64,000 nt of DNA from Alphaproteobacteria bacterium (lineage in GTDB: Bacteria; Pseudomonadota; Alphaproteobacteria; SP197), in assembly GCA_964291265.2 (NCBI GenBank), contig OZ219747.1:1376001-1440000 (forward strand). The letters run 5' to 3'. The notes beneath the pieces were generated by a model. The model was not told the origin of the DNA and did no database searches. It saw only the letters and a program-made list of their open reading frames with translations. A program made the position numbers and the translations under genes. This document shows, piece after piece, positions 29,980 through 44,968 of the stretch. Positions within the stretch are counted from its first letter, which is position 1, and the number at the start of each line of letters is the position of its first letter.

Positions 29980-31095
29980 ATGAACACTCTCCTTCTGACC
30001 AGCGAATTTCCCCCCCAAATTGGTGGCATCGCTGCTCACGTTTACGAGTTGGCACGTCATCTTGACCTTCTTCAGGATCAGGTCGCGGTTCTCGCACCGA
30101 GCCAGGGCAAGGAGGATGGTGCCGAGTACACATTGGGATTTCCCATATACCGGAAAGACTTCCGGTTCTCGGGCAAACCGTTCTTTGATCTGCAACTTGC
30201 CATCTGGTTACGCCGGTACGTGGCATCGGCAAGACCCGACATCATCCATGTTCATGGCATGAAACCCTTGACGGCAACAAGGTTCTTGCGAAACATGCCC
30301 GTGGTCTTCACCAATCATACCTCTGGTTTCCTGAAACGGCTTGCCGGCTCGGCAATGCGCAGGGCCCGCACCGCAAGGCAACTCAGTCATGTGGCCGCAG
30401 TCATCGCACCTAGTCGCGAACTCCTGGCCGCGACTCGTACGATGGGATACACGGGCCCTGCCCACTACGTCTCCAATGGCGTCGATACTGACAGGTTTTC
30501 CCTTCACGCCGATGCCCGCGAGCGGCTTCGACGGGCCTGGAAGGTGCGTCACGACGAAGCCGTCGTCCTGCTGGCCCGCCGCCTGGTGAAGAAGAATGGA
30601 GTATCGGATTTTGCCCGAGCCTGCAGAATGCTGTCCGGTTCACGTTTCAGGATCGTGATTGCCGGAGACGGTCCGGAGCGTGTCGTCCTGGACAAGATTT
30701 TTTCTGAACTAGACATTGCCGACCGGGTCCATTTCCTGGGCGCGGTACCCAACGCCGACATGCCGGAAGTATACAGCGGCGCCGATCTCGCGGTACTGCC
30801 GTCGATCATGGAGGCGACAAGCATCGCCGGCCTTGAGGCCATGGCCTGCGGACTGAGTCTCGTTGGCACAGATGTCGGTGGGATCCCGGACCTGATATCA
30901 GATGGAGTCACCGGCCTTCTGGTTCCTGCCAACTCCCCCGATGCGCTGGGCGCGGCAATCCGCAAACTGGTGGAGGCGCCGGAGCCAAGGCAGGCTTTCG
31001 GTGATGCGGCACGGCAGAAGGCCGTTGCGGAATTTTCCTGGCCTCGTATTGCCGAGCGAACACGCGAGATCATGGGAGAAGCGGTGTCACGATGA
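29980..31095 (+). CDS. Glycosyltransferase family 4
   Basis: FPPQIGGI, NGVD, IAGDGP, LPSIMEATSIAGLEAMACG. Confidence 0.93.
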   Translation: MNTLLLTSEFPPQIGGIAAHVYELARHLDLLQDQVAVLAPSQGKEDGAEYTLGFPIYRKDFRFSGKPFFDLQLAIWLRRYVASARPDIIHVHGMKPLTATRFLRNMPVVFTNHTSGFLKRLAGSAMRRARTARQLSHVAAVIAPSRELLAATRTMGYTGPAHYVSNGVDTDRFSLHADARERLRRAWKVRHDEAVVLLARRLVKKNGVSDFARACRMLSGSRFRIVIAGDGPERVVLDKIFSELDIADRVHFLGAVPNADMPEVYSGADLAVLPSIMEATSIAGLEAMACGLSLVGTDVGGIPDLISDGVTGLLVPANSPDALGAAIRKLVEAPEPRQAFGDAARQKAVAEFSWPRIAERTREIMGEAVSR

Positions 31096-32222
31096 AACCA
31101 GTGCTCGTGATCCTCGGCACCCGGCCCGAAGCAATCAAGCTTGCCCCTGTCATTGCCGAGCTGCGGTCACACCCGGTTCTCAACCCCGTGGTATGCCTGA
31201 CCGGTCAGCACGGCTCCGACATGGTCGATCCGATTCTGGACTTCTTCGACATCGAGCCGGACGAGCAACTCGACGTGATGCGACCCGACCAGTCACTGTC
31301 CATGTTGAGCGCAACGCTGCTGAAGCAACTTGAGAGGACTTTCGATCGCGTCAACCCTGAAGCAGTGCTGGTTCAGGGCGACACCACCAGCTGCCTCATG
31401 GGCGCCCTTTCAGGCTACTATCGAAAAGTGATGATCGGGCATGTAGAGGCCGGGCTGCGCAGCGGCAGTCTGGCCTCTCCGTTCCCCGAGGAAGCAAATC
31501 GCCAGATGGTGTCCCGCCTGGCGAATCTGCACTTCGCTCCAACCGAGCAGGCGGCCGAAGCACTGTATGCCGAAAACATAGGAAAAAGCCGGGTCACGGT
31601 GACAGGGAACACCGTCATCGACGCCTTGCTGCAGGTTGTAGCCCGAAATCGGCTGGACGGTGTGGATGTGCCGACAATGCTCTGGCCCGAACGCAGGGCC
31701 GACCGCCGGTACGTCTTGGTGACACTTCATCGACGCGAGGTCCTTGGTGAAACCATTCGTGACATGCTTGGCGCAATTGTCGATCTTGCCGCTCGACGCC
31801 CTGAAACAGACGTGGTGTTGATTGGGCACCCGAATCCCGGTGTGCAGAAGGCGATCATGGAAGTCTGTGCCGCGGCCAAACCGAACTTCAACGTGATTCC
31901 TCCTCAGCCATATCGTTGCTTCATTGACCTGATGGCGCACGCTCACCTTGTCTTGAGCGACTCTGGCGGTATTCAGGAAGAGGCGCCATCGCTTGATCGA
32001 CCTGTTCTCGTATTGCGCGATCGAACCGAGCGCAACGAGGGTGTTGAAGCCGGCTGCCTGGTCCGTGTCGGAACCAGACGCAGCGCGATTGTGGACGCTT
32101 GCGAGCATCTCCTTGACGATGAGAAGGACTATGCACGAATCGCTGCTGCGCCCAACCCCTACGGTGACGGCAAGGCCGCGGCGCGAATCTGCGAGGTGTT
32201 GGCAACTTGTCTGGGTACCTGA
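31092..32222 (+). CDS. wecB: UDP-N-acetylglucosamine 2-epimerase (non-hydrolysing)
   Basis: GTRPEAIK, VQGDT, HVEAGLRS, PFPEE, DSGGIQEEA, NPYGDG. Confidence 0.96.
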   Translation: MKPVLVILGTRPEAIKLAPVIAELRSHPVLNPVVCLTGQHGSDMVDPILDFFDIEPDEQLDVMRPDQSLSMLSATLLKQLERTFDRVNPEAVLVQGDTTSCLMGALSGYYRKVMIGHVEAGLRSGSLASPFPEEANRQMVSRLANLHFAPTEQAAEALYAENIGKSRVTVTGNTVIDALLQVVARNRLDGVDVPTMLWPERRADRRYVLVTLHRREVLGETIRDMLGAIVDLAARRPETDVVLIGHPNPGVQKAIMEVCAAAKPNFNVIPPQPYRCFIDLMAHAHLVLSDSGGIQEEAPSLDRPVLVLRDRTERNEGVEAGCLVRVGTRRSAIVDACEHLLDDEKDYARIAAAPNPYGDGKAAARICEVLATCLGT

Positions 32223-32811
32223 CGAAGAAGAGGCTGCGAACGACAGGGTTGGATGAAGCCCAAACCCCTTTCCCTTCGATCGCTGCGTGACGATCAGCCT
32301 GTTGGCGGCCTTCCGCGGACACCATGATCAGGCCGCGGACCCCTGCAGTGAGCGTCGTTCATCCTCTCGCGGATGTTCGTGAAGGAGCCGATGAACCCCT
32401 TGGCCCGGTGGTCGCCGAGGCAGGCACGAGATCAGGCCGCTGCGCCAGCGGGGATGTGACCCCGTTCCTGACCGGCTTACTTGGGCCCGAGCCTGCCGGC
32501 ATGGCGCAGGGTGCGAAAACGTTCCGTGCCGGGCTTAGATGGTCGCCCGACGGGGCCTGCTTCCACGACACTCACCCCCCCTCCTGGTTGTTCATGCCTG
32601 CGTCCATCCAGCCGGGTGGTCGCGTCATGACGGCAGATCTCTCTGCGAGGGGAGGACATGGCCTGGCACGGCGCGCCCGGGATCCGTGTTGTCGATCAGG
32701 CCGGAAGACAAGCGTTTGCGCGATTCGCTCGCCGTCGATCCTGCCGAACGGGGTCATGACCTGCCGCTTCGCCATGCCGCCCGATCGAGGATGACGGGAA
32801 TCCCGGGGCCG

Positions 32812-33960
32812 TCATGGATCGGCGGCCAGTTCCCGATAGACGTCGAGGGTGGCGTTGCACATGTTGCCGAGGGCAAAGTGCGATACCGCATGGGCCCTGG
32901 CGATCGCCGCATGCCTGATGCGCGCCTCGGCGTCGAGATCGAGCGCCGTGGTCAGCGCCCCGGCGAGGGCGCTGGCGTCACCGGAAGGCGTCAGCCAGCC
33001 GGTGACGCCGTGGCGAACGGTCTCGCTGGTGGCGCCGGCATCGGAAGCGACCACGGGAACACCCATGGCCTGGGCCTCGACGGCGACGCGCCCGAAACCC
33101 TCCGGAACCAGGGAGGGCTGCACGACGACATCGGCGAGGCGGTAGGCTGCCGGCATGTCGTGACAGCTGTCGATGAGCGTCACCCGTCCCTCGAGCCCGG
33201 CCTCGAGAATGCGGTTCTCGATTTCCCGGCGCAGCGCCGGACGGGCGTCGGCCACACCCACCATCAGGCACATGGCGTCGCGGCGCAGCTGCCTCAGGGC
33301 GTCGATCATGACACGGTGACCCTTGAGCCGTGTCAGGCGTCCCGGAAACATGATGATGGGAACGCCGTCCGGCAGGTTCCAGTAGTCCGCCAGGGTGGTG
33401 ATGCGGTTGATGCTCACGGCCACCGGGTCGAACCGCGCCATGTCGATACCGCGGAAGATGCAGCGCAGGCGGCTCTCCGGCACGCGATACTCCTCGCGCA
33501 CGTGGCGGGCCACGTACCCGGAGATGGCGATCACCCGGTCGCCTCGCGCCATCACGGAGTTGTAGAACCGCTTGGCCCTGGAGTTGATGGCGTAGGGGGC
33601 ATGGAAGGTGGTGACGAGCGGCGTTCCCGTGCACCGCGCCGCGGCCAGCGCCGACCAGGCGGGCGCCCTGGAGCGGACATGGATCACGTTGACCTGATGG
33701 ATGCGGATCAGGCGGACAAGGCGCAAGGTGTTGAGGGCGATGGTCAGGGGGTTCTTGGAGGCGACGGGCATGGCGACATGAAGGGCCCTGGTGTGCAGCA
33801 GGTCAGGCACGAGCTCGCCTCCCTGGGAGGTGACGAGGGACTGCATGCCGGCGTCATTGAGCGCCCGGGAGATATCGATGACGGTGCGCTCGGCGCCACC
33901 GATCTTGAGTCGCGGAATGACCTGGAGAACGACAAGGGAGTCGCCTTGACGCGCTGTCAT
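32812..33960 (-). CDS. Glycosyltransferase family 4
   Basis: GGAERT, HVRSRAPAW, GRLTRLKG, PEGFGRVAVEAQAMG. Confidence 0.93.
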   Translation of the reverse strand: MTARQGDSLVVLQVIPRLKIGGAERTVIDISRALNDAGMQSLVTSQGGELVPDLLHTRALHVAMPVASKNPLTIALNTLRLVRLIRIHQVNVIHVRSRAPAWSALAAARCTGTPLVTTFHAPYAINSRAKRFYNSVMARGDRVIAISGYVARHVREEYRVPESRLRCIFRGIDMARFDPVAVSINRITTLADYWNLPDGVPIIMFPGRLTRLKGHRVMIDALRQLRRDAMCLMVGVADARPALRREIENRILEAGLEGRVTLIDSCHDMPAAYRLADVVVQPSLVPEGFGRVAVEAQAMGVPVVASDAGATSETVRHGVTGWLTPSGDASALAGALTTALDLDAEARIRHAAIARAHAVSHFALGNMCNATLDVYRELAADP

Positions 33961-34007
33961 GATATGGGGATACCTGCCGCTTGCACCAAGCAACCATGAT
34001 ATAGGCC

Positions 34008-34778
34008 ATGGCGGACACGGATACGAGATGGCTCGAACGCGACGATGGGACAGTCCTCGCCTACACCCGCCGCGCCGGCGCCTGCCCGGGCGTGGTGTTT
34101 CTCGGCGGCTATTCCTCGGACATGACGGGGACGAAGGCGACGTGGCTCGATGAACGGTGTTGCCGCCGCGGACGTTCCTTCCTGCGCTTCGACTACAGTG
34201 GTCACGGCCAGTCGGCAGGCCGTTTCGAGGAGGGCACCATCGGCGCCTGGACCGCCGACGCCCTCGCCGTCCTCGATTGCCTCACCGAGGGGCCCCAGAT
34301 CCTGGTCGGCTCCAGCATGGGCGGCTGGATCATGCTGAACGTGGCCCTGGCGCGGCCCCGGCGCGTCGCCGCCCTTGTCGGCATCGCCGCCGCCCCCGAC
34401 TTCTCGCAGGACATCTTCTGGAGTCTCTCGGGCGAGGACCGCAGGCGCCTGCGGCGAGACGGCGTCATCACGGTCGAGGAAGGGGGCGGCAGCTACACGG
34501 TGAGCCATGGCTTCATCGAGGAGGCGCGCCGCCACCTTGTGATGCGCCGCTCCCTGGCCATCGACGTGCCGGTGCGGCTGCTCCATGGCATGAGGGATGG
34601 GTCGGTCGCGTGGTCGCTTGCCCTCGATCTCGCCGCCCGTCTGACGACGGATGACGTTCGCGTTCACCTGGTGAAGGACGGCGATCACCGGTTGTCGCGT
34701 GATGCGGATCTTGCGCTCCTCGGCCGCACGCTCGACGGGCTCGAGGACGCCGCCAGCGCTGCAAGCCCCTCGCGATAG
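34008..34778 (+). CDS. Alpha/beta hydrolase
   Basis: RFDYSGHG, GSSMGG, DGDHRLS. Confidence 0.92.
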   Translation: MADTDTRWLERDDGTVLAYTRRAGACPGVVFLGGYSSDMTGTKATWLDERCCRRGRSFLRFDYSGHGQSAGRFEEGTIGAWTADALAVLDCLTEGPQILVGSSMGGWIMLNVALARPRRVAALVGIAAAPDFSQDIFWSLSGEDRRRLRRDGVITVEEGGGSYTVSHGFIEEARRHLVMRRSLAIDVPVRLLHGMRDGSVAWSLALDLAARLTTDDVRVHLVKDGDHRLSRDADLALLGRTLDGLEDAASAASPSR

Positions 34779-35596
34779 GAGGGATAGCGGAGACGAACGC
34801 CGAGTTCCTCCCTGATCCTGCGGTTGGAGACGCGCTTGTTGTCGGCATAGAAGCTTGCCGCCATGGCCGAGAGACCGGCCTCCGCCAGGGCCACCGGCGG
34901 CGGCGCCGCGACACCGAGGAGACGGCAGGCATGTTCGGTGACGATGGCCGGTGACTCCGGTTCATCGTCACACACGTTGTAGATGGCGCCCGGCGAGGGC
35001 CTGGCGATCGAGGCCTTCAGCGTGGCCACGATGTCGTCGACATGGATGCGCGAGAACACCTGCCCCGGCTTGATGACGCGCCGCGCCCTTCCGGCACGCA
35101 CCTGTTCGAGAACACCGCGGCCGGGCCCGTAGATTCCCGCCAGGCGGAAGACATGCACCGGAAGGCCGTAGCGTTCATGCATGATGAGCCAGGCCTGTTC
35201 CGCAGCCAGACGCCTTGCGCCGCGTTCGCTGGCCGGTGCCGCCTCGTCCGATTCGTCCACCCAGTCTCCCCCGCGGTCTCCGTAGACGCCCGTCGTCGAG
35301 AGATAGGCGAGCCAGCGCAGATCCTCCAGACGGGCAAGGGCGCCGGCGTGGCGGACCAGCGCCACGGGCGCCTCGCCGCGGACCGGCGGTATGGAATCGA
35401 CGATATGGGTGGCCTGCGACAGGAGGGACGCGGCCGCGTCGCTGCCGAACACCACCGCCTCGATTCCCTCACGGGCGAGGTCAGCGATCCGCGACGCTTG
35501 GCGCACGGTCCCGCAGACGTGCCAGCCCTCGTCCCGGAGTGCGAGGGCGAGGCGGCGGGCCGTGTACCCGAGGCCGAGGCAGAACAGTCTCGTCAT
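34685..35596 (-). CDS. SDR-family NAD-dependent epimerase (YeeZ-like)
   Basis: LGLGY, YLSTTGVYGD, RLAGIYGPGR, SRIHVDD. Confidence 0.9.
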   Translation of the reverse strand: MTRLFCLGLGYTARRLALALRDEGWHVCGTVRQASRIADLAREGIEAVVFGSDAAASLLSQATHIVDSIPPVRGEAPVALVRHAGALARLEDLRWLAYLSTTGVYGDRGGDWVDESDEAAPASERGARRLAAEQAWLIMHERYGLPVHVFRLAGIYGPGRGVLEQVRAGRARRVIKPGQVFSRIHVDDIVATLKASIARPSPGAIYNVCDDEPESPAIVTEHACRLLGVAAPPPVALAEAGLSAMAASFYADNKRVSNRRIREELGVRLRYPSYREGLAALAASSSPSSVRPRSARSASRDNR

Positions 35597-36720
35597 CGCC
35601 CGCCTGAACCCTCCCTCCACTCTCGTCGGACCTGGGGATCGTCCTCCGAAGCGAGATGGCGCGCCCTGGCGGCAACGAAATGCGCCGTCGGCGTCAGGCG
35701 GGAAAGGGCCCACACCGCCATGGCCCTGACCAGCGCCGAAGGATCCGCCAGCCTGCCCTCGACCACGGGGACAGCCGCGTCATCGCCGCTGTTGCCCAGG
35801 GCGATCATGACGTTGCGCACGAAGCGGTCGCGGCCCGTGCGCTTGACGGCGCTGGCCGTGAAGAGGGCGCGGAAGGCAGCGTCGTCGAGCGTGGCAAGGC
35901 TGGACAGCCGCGGCCGCGTGAGCTCGGGCCGCGGCAGGAAGTCCGCATCCCTGGCAACCCTGGCGAACTTGTTCCACGGGCAGACCGCAAGGCAGTCGTC
36001 GCAGCCGAAGATGCGGTTGCCGATGGCGGCGCGGAACTCCCGGTCGATGTGGCCCTTGTGCTCGATGGTGAGATAGGAAATGCAGCGCCGCGCATCGAGG
36101 CGCCAGGGTTGGGGGAAGGCATGGGTCGGACAGATGTCGAGGCACTTCCGGCAGGACCCGCAGTGGTCTGCATCGGCTTCGTCCGCCTCGAGTTCCGCCG
36201 TCGTGACGATGAGACCGAGGAAGAACCATGAGCCCAGCTGCCGCGATACCAGGTTGGTGTGTTTTCCCTGCCAGCCGATGCCGGCGCGGCCGGCCAGAGG
36301 CTTTTCCATGACGGGAGCGGTGTCGACAAGGACCCTCGCCTCGCAGGGAGTCTCGCGGACCAGCCATGCCGCCAGGGCCTTGAGGTGCCTCGAGACCACC
36401 CGGTGATAGTCCCGTGCCCGCGCATAGCACGAAATGACACCGTGTCTGCGTGCCTTGAGGTCGTCCAGGGGGCTGGTCTGCGGACCATAGTCCCTGGCGA
36501 CGGCAACGACGCTGCTGGCCCCGGGCAGGAGGGCCTGCGGGTCGGCGCGTCGTCCCGGTTGTCCGGCCAGCCACGCCATGTCGCCGTGAAAGCCAGCCTC
36601 GACGAAGCGCGCGATATCCTCGCGCCAGCGTGGATCGCCCGCCGCACTGGTGATGCCACAGGCCGCGAACCCGAGATCCCGGGCCCGCCGTTTGAGTTGA
36701 CCGGAAAGCGTCACCACCAC
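35593..36720 (-). CDS. queG: Epoxyqueuosine reductase
   Basis: YARARDYH, VDTAPVME, CGSCRKCLDICP, CISYLTIE, GCDDCLAVCPWN. Confidence 0.96.
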   Translation of the reverse strand: MVVTLSGQLKRRARDLGFAACGITSAAGDPRWREDIARFVEAGFHGDMAWLAGQPGRRADPQALLPGASSVVAVARDYGPQTSPLDDLKARRHGVISCYARARDYHRVVSRHLKALAAWLVRETPCEARVLVDTAPVMEKPLAGRAGIGWQGKHTNLVSRQLGSWFFLGLIVTTAELEADEADADHCGSCRKCLDICPTHAFPQPWRLDARRCISYLTIEHKGHIDREFRAAIGNRIFGCDDCLAVCPWNKFARVARDADFLPRPELTRPRLSSLATLDDAAFRALFTASAVKRTGRDRFVRNVMIALGNSGDDAAVPVVEGRLADPSALVRAMAVWALSRLTPTAHFVAARARHLASEDDPQVRREWREGSGGR

Positions 36721-36828
36721 GCCGCCTCGTCGCACCCGGCCCGGCGGTCCAGGGGCGGCGAGCCGGGCGCCGTCCATGGAGAGCCGCGGCCAGACGCTGC
36801 ACGCACAGGCGTGGAATGGCCCGCCCGT

Positions 36829-37503
36829 TCAGAAGTCCGGGTCGGCATAGTGATCGGCGGGCGGCATGCCGGCAAGGCGGTCCTGGAGGATCGGCCGGAA
36901 CGACGGCCGCGACTTGATCCTCGCGTACCATTCGCGGGTGGCCCGCGAGGAGGACCAGGGAACGTCGCCGACATAGTCGATGCAGGATATCTGCGAGGCC
37001 GCGGCGATGTCGGCGAGACTCAGGCGCTCGCCGGCGAGCCAGAAGCGCGTCGCCAGCACTGCGTCCATGTAGTGCAGGTGAGAACGCATGCTGCGGCGCG
37101 CCGCGGCGAGCACCGCGGAGTCGGGTTTGCCGCGCTTCTGGCGCCACTTGTGGACTTTCTCCCCGATGATCACGCGCGTGACTTCCCGGTGCATCTTCCT
37201 GTCGAACCAGGCGACAAGCCGGCGGGTTTCCGCCCTCTGCGCGGGATCGCAACCAAGGAGGTCCGGTTCCTTGCGGGTGTCCTGGATGAACTCGACAATC
37301 GCCTGGCTGTCGGCAAGGACGGCCCCGTCCTCGTCGACGAGGACGGGGACTTCGCCGGCCGGGTTGAGGGCGAGGAACTCCTTGCGCCGCTGCGAGACAT
37401 CCTCCAGGGTCAAGGAGAAGCACACCCCCATTTCGCCGAGAAACATCCTGACCTTGCGGCAGAACGGTGACATCGGGTCGTGGAACAGCTCAGGCAAGAC
37501 CAT
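36829..37503 (-). CDS. Glutathione S-transferase family protein (FzlA-like)
   Basis: SPFCRKVR, LNPAGEVPVL, SLADIA, KSRPSFRP, HYADPDF. Confidence 0.88.
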   Translation of the reverse strand: MVLPELFHDPMSPFCRKVRMFLGEMGVCFSLTLEDVSQRRKEFLALNPAGEVPVLVDEDGAVLADSQAIVEFIQDTRKEPDLLGCDPAQRAETRRLVAWFDRKMHREVTRVIIGEKVHKWRQKRGKPDSAVLAAARRSMRSHLHYMDAVLATRFWLAGERLSLADIAAASQISCIDYVGDVPWSSSRATREWYARIKSRPSFRPILQDRLAGMPPADHYADPDF

Positions 37504-37573
37504 CCCCTCATGACGTGACCGGGGATCTTATGGACCGGCTTGCCGGGCCAAGACAACCGTTTCAGGGGCAGGT

Positions 37574-42087
<4,514 letters not shown>

Positions 42088-42091
<4 letters not shown>

Positions 42092-43479
42092 GGTCCGCTC
42101 AGCTCCTGGTGAATGGAATCGGCCGCCTGCCTCGCGTCGCGGATTGCCCACACCACCAGCGATGCGCCGCGTGCGATGTCGCCGGCGGCCCACACTCCAG
42201 GTACGCTGGTCCGGCCCGAGAGGCCGGTGGTCTTCACGGTGCCGTCGGCCTCGGTTTCAAGATCGTCGAGTGTGAACATCTCTGCGACCGGTTCGGGATC
42301 GAACCCCAGGGCCTTGAGCACCAGTGTCGCCTCGACACCGAAGCCCGTGTTCTCGACCGGCAGTGGCTGGCGGCGGCCGTCACTGTCCGCTTCGCCAAGG
42401 CGCATGCGCGACGCCTTCACCGTCGACACCCGGCCGTTGCCGGCAAAGGCCTGCGGAGCGGACAGGAACTCGAAGATGACCCCTTCCTCGATGGCGTAGC
42501 TCACTTCCCTCTGGCTGCCGGGCATGTTGTCCCGATCCCGGCGGTAGAGACAGGTGACGGCCCGGGCGCCCTGGCGCACGGCCGTGCGCACGCAGTCCAT
42601 TGCCGTGTCGCCGCCTCCAACGACAACGACGCGGTGTCCGGCGGCATCGGGGCCAGAGACCTCCAAGCCGAGGCCGCGGCGGTTGCTGGCGATGAGATAA
42701 TCGAGGGCGGGGACGACGCCTTCGAGTCCGACCCCGGGAGCCTGGATTTCGCGAGCCTTGTAGACACCGGTGGCAAGCAGCACCGCATCGTGGCTGGCGC
42801 GCAGGTCGGCGAAGGAGAGGTCGCGTCCGATGTCGGTCTCCTGATGGAAGATGACACCGCTTCCGAGGAGCAAGTCAATGCGGCGCGAGACCACGTGTTT
42901 CTCGAGCTTGAAGTCGGGGATGCCATACACCAGCAGGCCGCCGGCCCGGTCGTGCCGGTCATAGACCTCGACCCGGTATCCATGGCGCCGGAGCCTGTCG
43001 GCTGCCGCGAGTCCGGCCGGTCCGGCGCCGACGATGCCCACCGACTGGTCGCGTTCGCGCACCGGTGCGGGGCCATGCACCCAGCCATTGTCGAAGGCCG
43101 TCTCGGTGATGAAGCGTTCGATGGTGCCGATGGTGACCGACTCGAACCCCTTCTCGATCACGCAGTTTCCCTCGCACAGCCGGTCGTGAGGGCAGATGCG
43201 GCCACAGATCTCCGGGAACGTGTTGGTGGCCGAAGAGATCGCGTAGGCCTCCTCGAGCCGGCCCTCGGCGGCCAGCGCCAGCCAGTCGGGGATGTTGTTG
43301 TGGAGGGGGCAGTGAATCTGGCAGAACGGGACGCCGCACTGCGAACAGCGCGAGGCCTGGGTGACGGCGCTGTCGGAGACGAACTCGTCGTAGATTTCGC
43401 GAAAGTCGCGACGGCGCTCCCCGGCGAGACGCCTGTAGGGCCGCTGTTGCGGCACGTCGACAAAGTAAAGAAGGGTCAT
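42088..43479 (-). CDS. gltD: Glutamate synthase small subunit
   Basis: CSQCGVPFC, GRICP, GAGPAG, GGGDTAMD, SLVVWAI. Confidence 0.97.
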
Positions 43480-43771
43480 GACGCCTGAGGTGGGAAGATA
43501 GGTCAGCTACAATGCCATAACTTTGCACTGCAGTCACTCATTCTTTTGCGATCGGAACGCCGGGAGCGTACAACGGGATTGTTATAGTCAGCCTTGCTGA
43601 CCTTTATGTGGTGCTCGTCTTTCCCTATGCTGAACCATGCCGGGCAAGAACCCCATGATCCTGGTGCTGCGGCGGCCATGCCGTGCTTGATCCGATGTCA
43701 TCGCCCCGGGCGCGCCATGGAACGTCCATGACCGGCCCTGCCAACCGGCGGCCGCTTCAGGTGCGTGAGCC

Positions 43772-44548
43772 ATGACCTGGCTGCAGCTGGCCGTGCTGGC
43801 CCTTGTCCAGGGCGTCACCGAGTTCCTTCCGGTGAGTTCGTCAGGACATCTGGTGCTGACCTCGAATGTGCTCGACTGGCCGGACCAGGGGCTGAAGATC
43901 GACATCGCCGTCCACGGCGGCACCCTGCTGGCGGTCATCATCTACTTCCGCAAGGAGATTGTCCGCCTCCTCAGGGGCAGGGACGCTGCCGACCGCCGTC
44001 TCCTGGCTCTCATCATCCTGGCGACGGTGCCGGTGGGCGGAGCGGGTTTCGTCCTCCATGCCACGGGTACGGACGTGCTGCGTGATCCGGTGCTCATTGC
44101 CTGGACGACCCTTGGGTTCGGGCTTCTTCTCCTCGTGGCCGACAGGTTCGCTGGCGCGGCGCGTTCGCTCGCAGACCTCTCGTGGCGTGGCGCCCTGATG
44201 ATCGGCATCTTCCAGGTGGCCGCCCTTGTTCCCGGGACGAGCCGCGCCGGGATCACCATCACGGCGGCCCGTTTTCTGGGCTGTCGGCGGTCGGACTGCG
44301 CGACCTTCTCGATGCTGCTCTCCATTCCGGTGATCGGCGCCGCCGTGCTGCTGGCGGCCGGCGACATGGCCGCATCGGGCGACACGTCCCTGCGAGGCCC
44401 GTCGCTGGTGGCGGCCGCCCTCTCGTTCGGCGCCGCCCTCATCACCATCCGTCTCTTCATGGCGTGGCTGGCGCGAGCCTCCTTCACCCCCTTCGTCATC
44501 TACCGCGTGTGTCTCGCCGCCCTGCTTCTGGCCTGGCTCCACCTGTAG
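43772..44548 (+). CDS. uppP: Undecaprenyl-diphosphate phosphatase
   Basis: QGVTEFLPVSSSGH, PGTSRAG. Confidence 0.96.
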   Translation: MTWLQLAVLALVQGVTEFLPVSSSGHLVLTSNVLDWPDQGLKIDIAVHGGTLLAVIIYFRKEIVRLLRGRDAADRRLLALIILATVPVGGAGFVLHATGTDVLRDPVLIAWTTLGFGLLLLVADRFAGAARSLADLSWRGALMIGIFQVAALVPGTSRAGITITAARFLGCRRSDCATFSMLLSIPVIGAAVLLAAGDMAASGDTSLRGPSLVAAALSFGAALITIRLFMAWLARASFTPFVIYRVCLAALLLAWLHL

Positions 44549-44698
44549 TCCCGGAGAACCCGCTGCGGCTCGAGGCCGCGCAAAGACCTGGCATCACTCC
44601 GAATCGGCCGCCCCGGACACCTGGTTCGATGGCGTCCCTGTGACCGGATCCGATGCCCGGTCATGGCGGCGCCCGCAAGTGCCCCTACCGGTTCCCCC

Positions 44699-44746
44699 TC
44701 AGACATCCTGACATGCTTCCCCGGGAGATCGGGCGAGGATGCCTGA
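44699..44746. repeat. Short inverted-repeat element (TCAGACATCC family)
   Basis: TCAGACATCC...GGATGCCTGA. Confidence 0.5.
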
Positions 44747-44968
44747 AACGTCAAGAGCACCGCTGCCGTTGACAGACGAACGCAACCGGACCGGGACCGT
44801 CCATCCGGGAACACACTCCGCCGTCTGCGACATCGACGGCGCAACACTCCGGAACCGTCTTGCCTGACCCTGGACGATACCAGGATGACTGCGTTCAGGC
44901 CGATGGGCGACATCTTCGCATCACCGTCTGCCAGCCCCGCGTCGCGACAGCCGGGTTCGATCTGAAGC

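Noticed and set aside
32223-32811. Small ORFs in intergenic stretches (also 3402-3980, 6150-6890, 25625-26000, 55520-55970)
   Set aside because: No family recognisable by eye; probably decayed DNA, would need translated searches.
34685-34778. 94-bp convergent overlap of hydrolase and SDR genes as a regulatory system
   Set aside because: The tails are low-complexity extensions; stop-codon drift is sufficient explanation.
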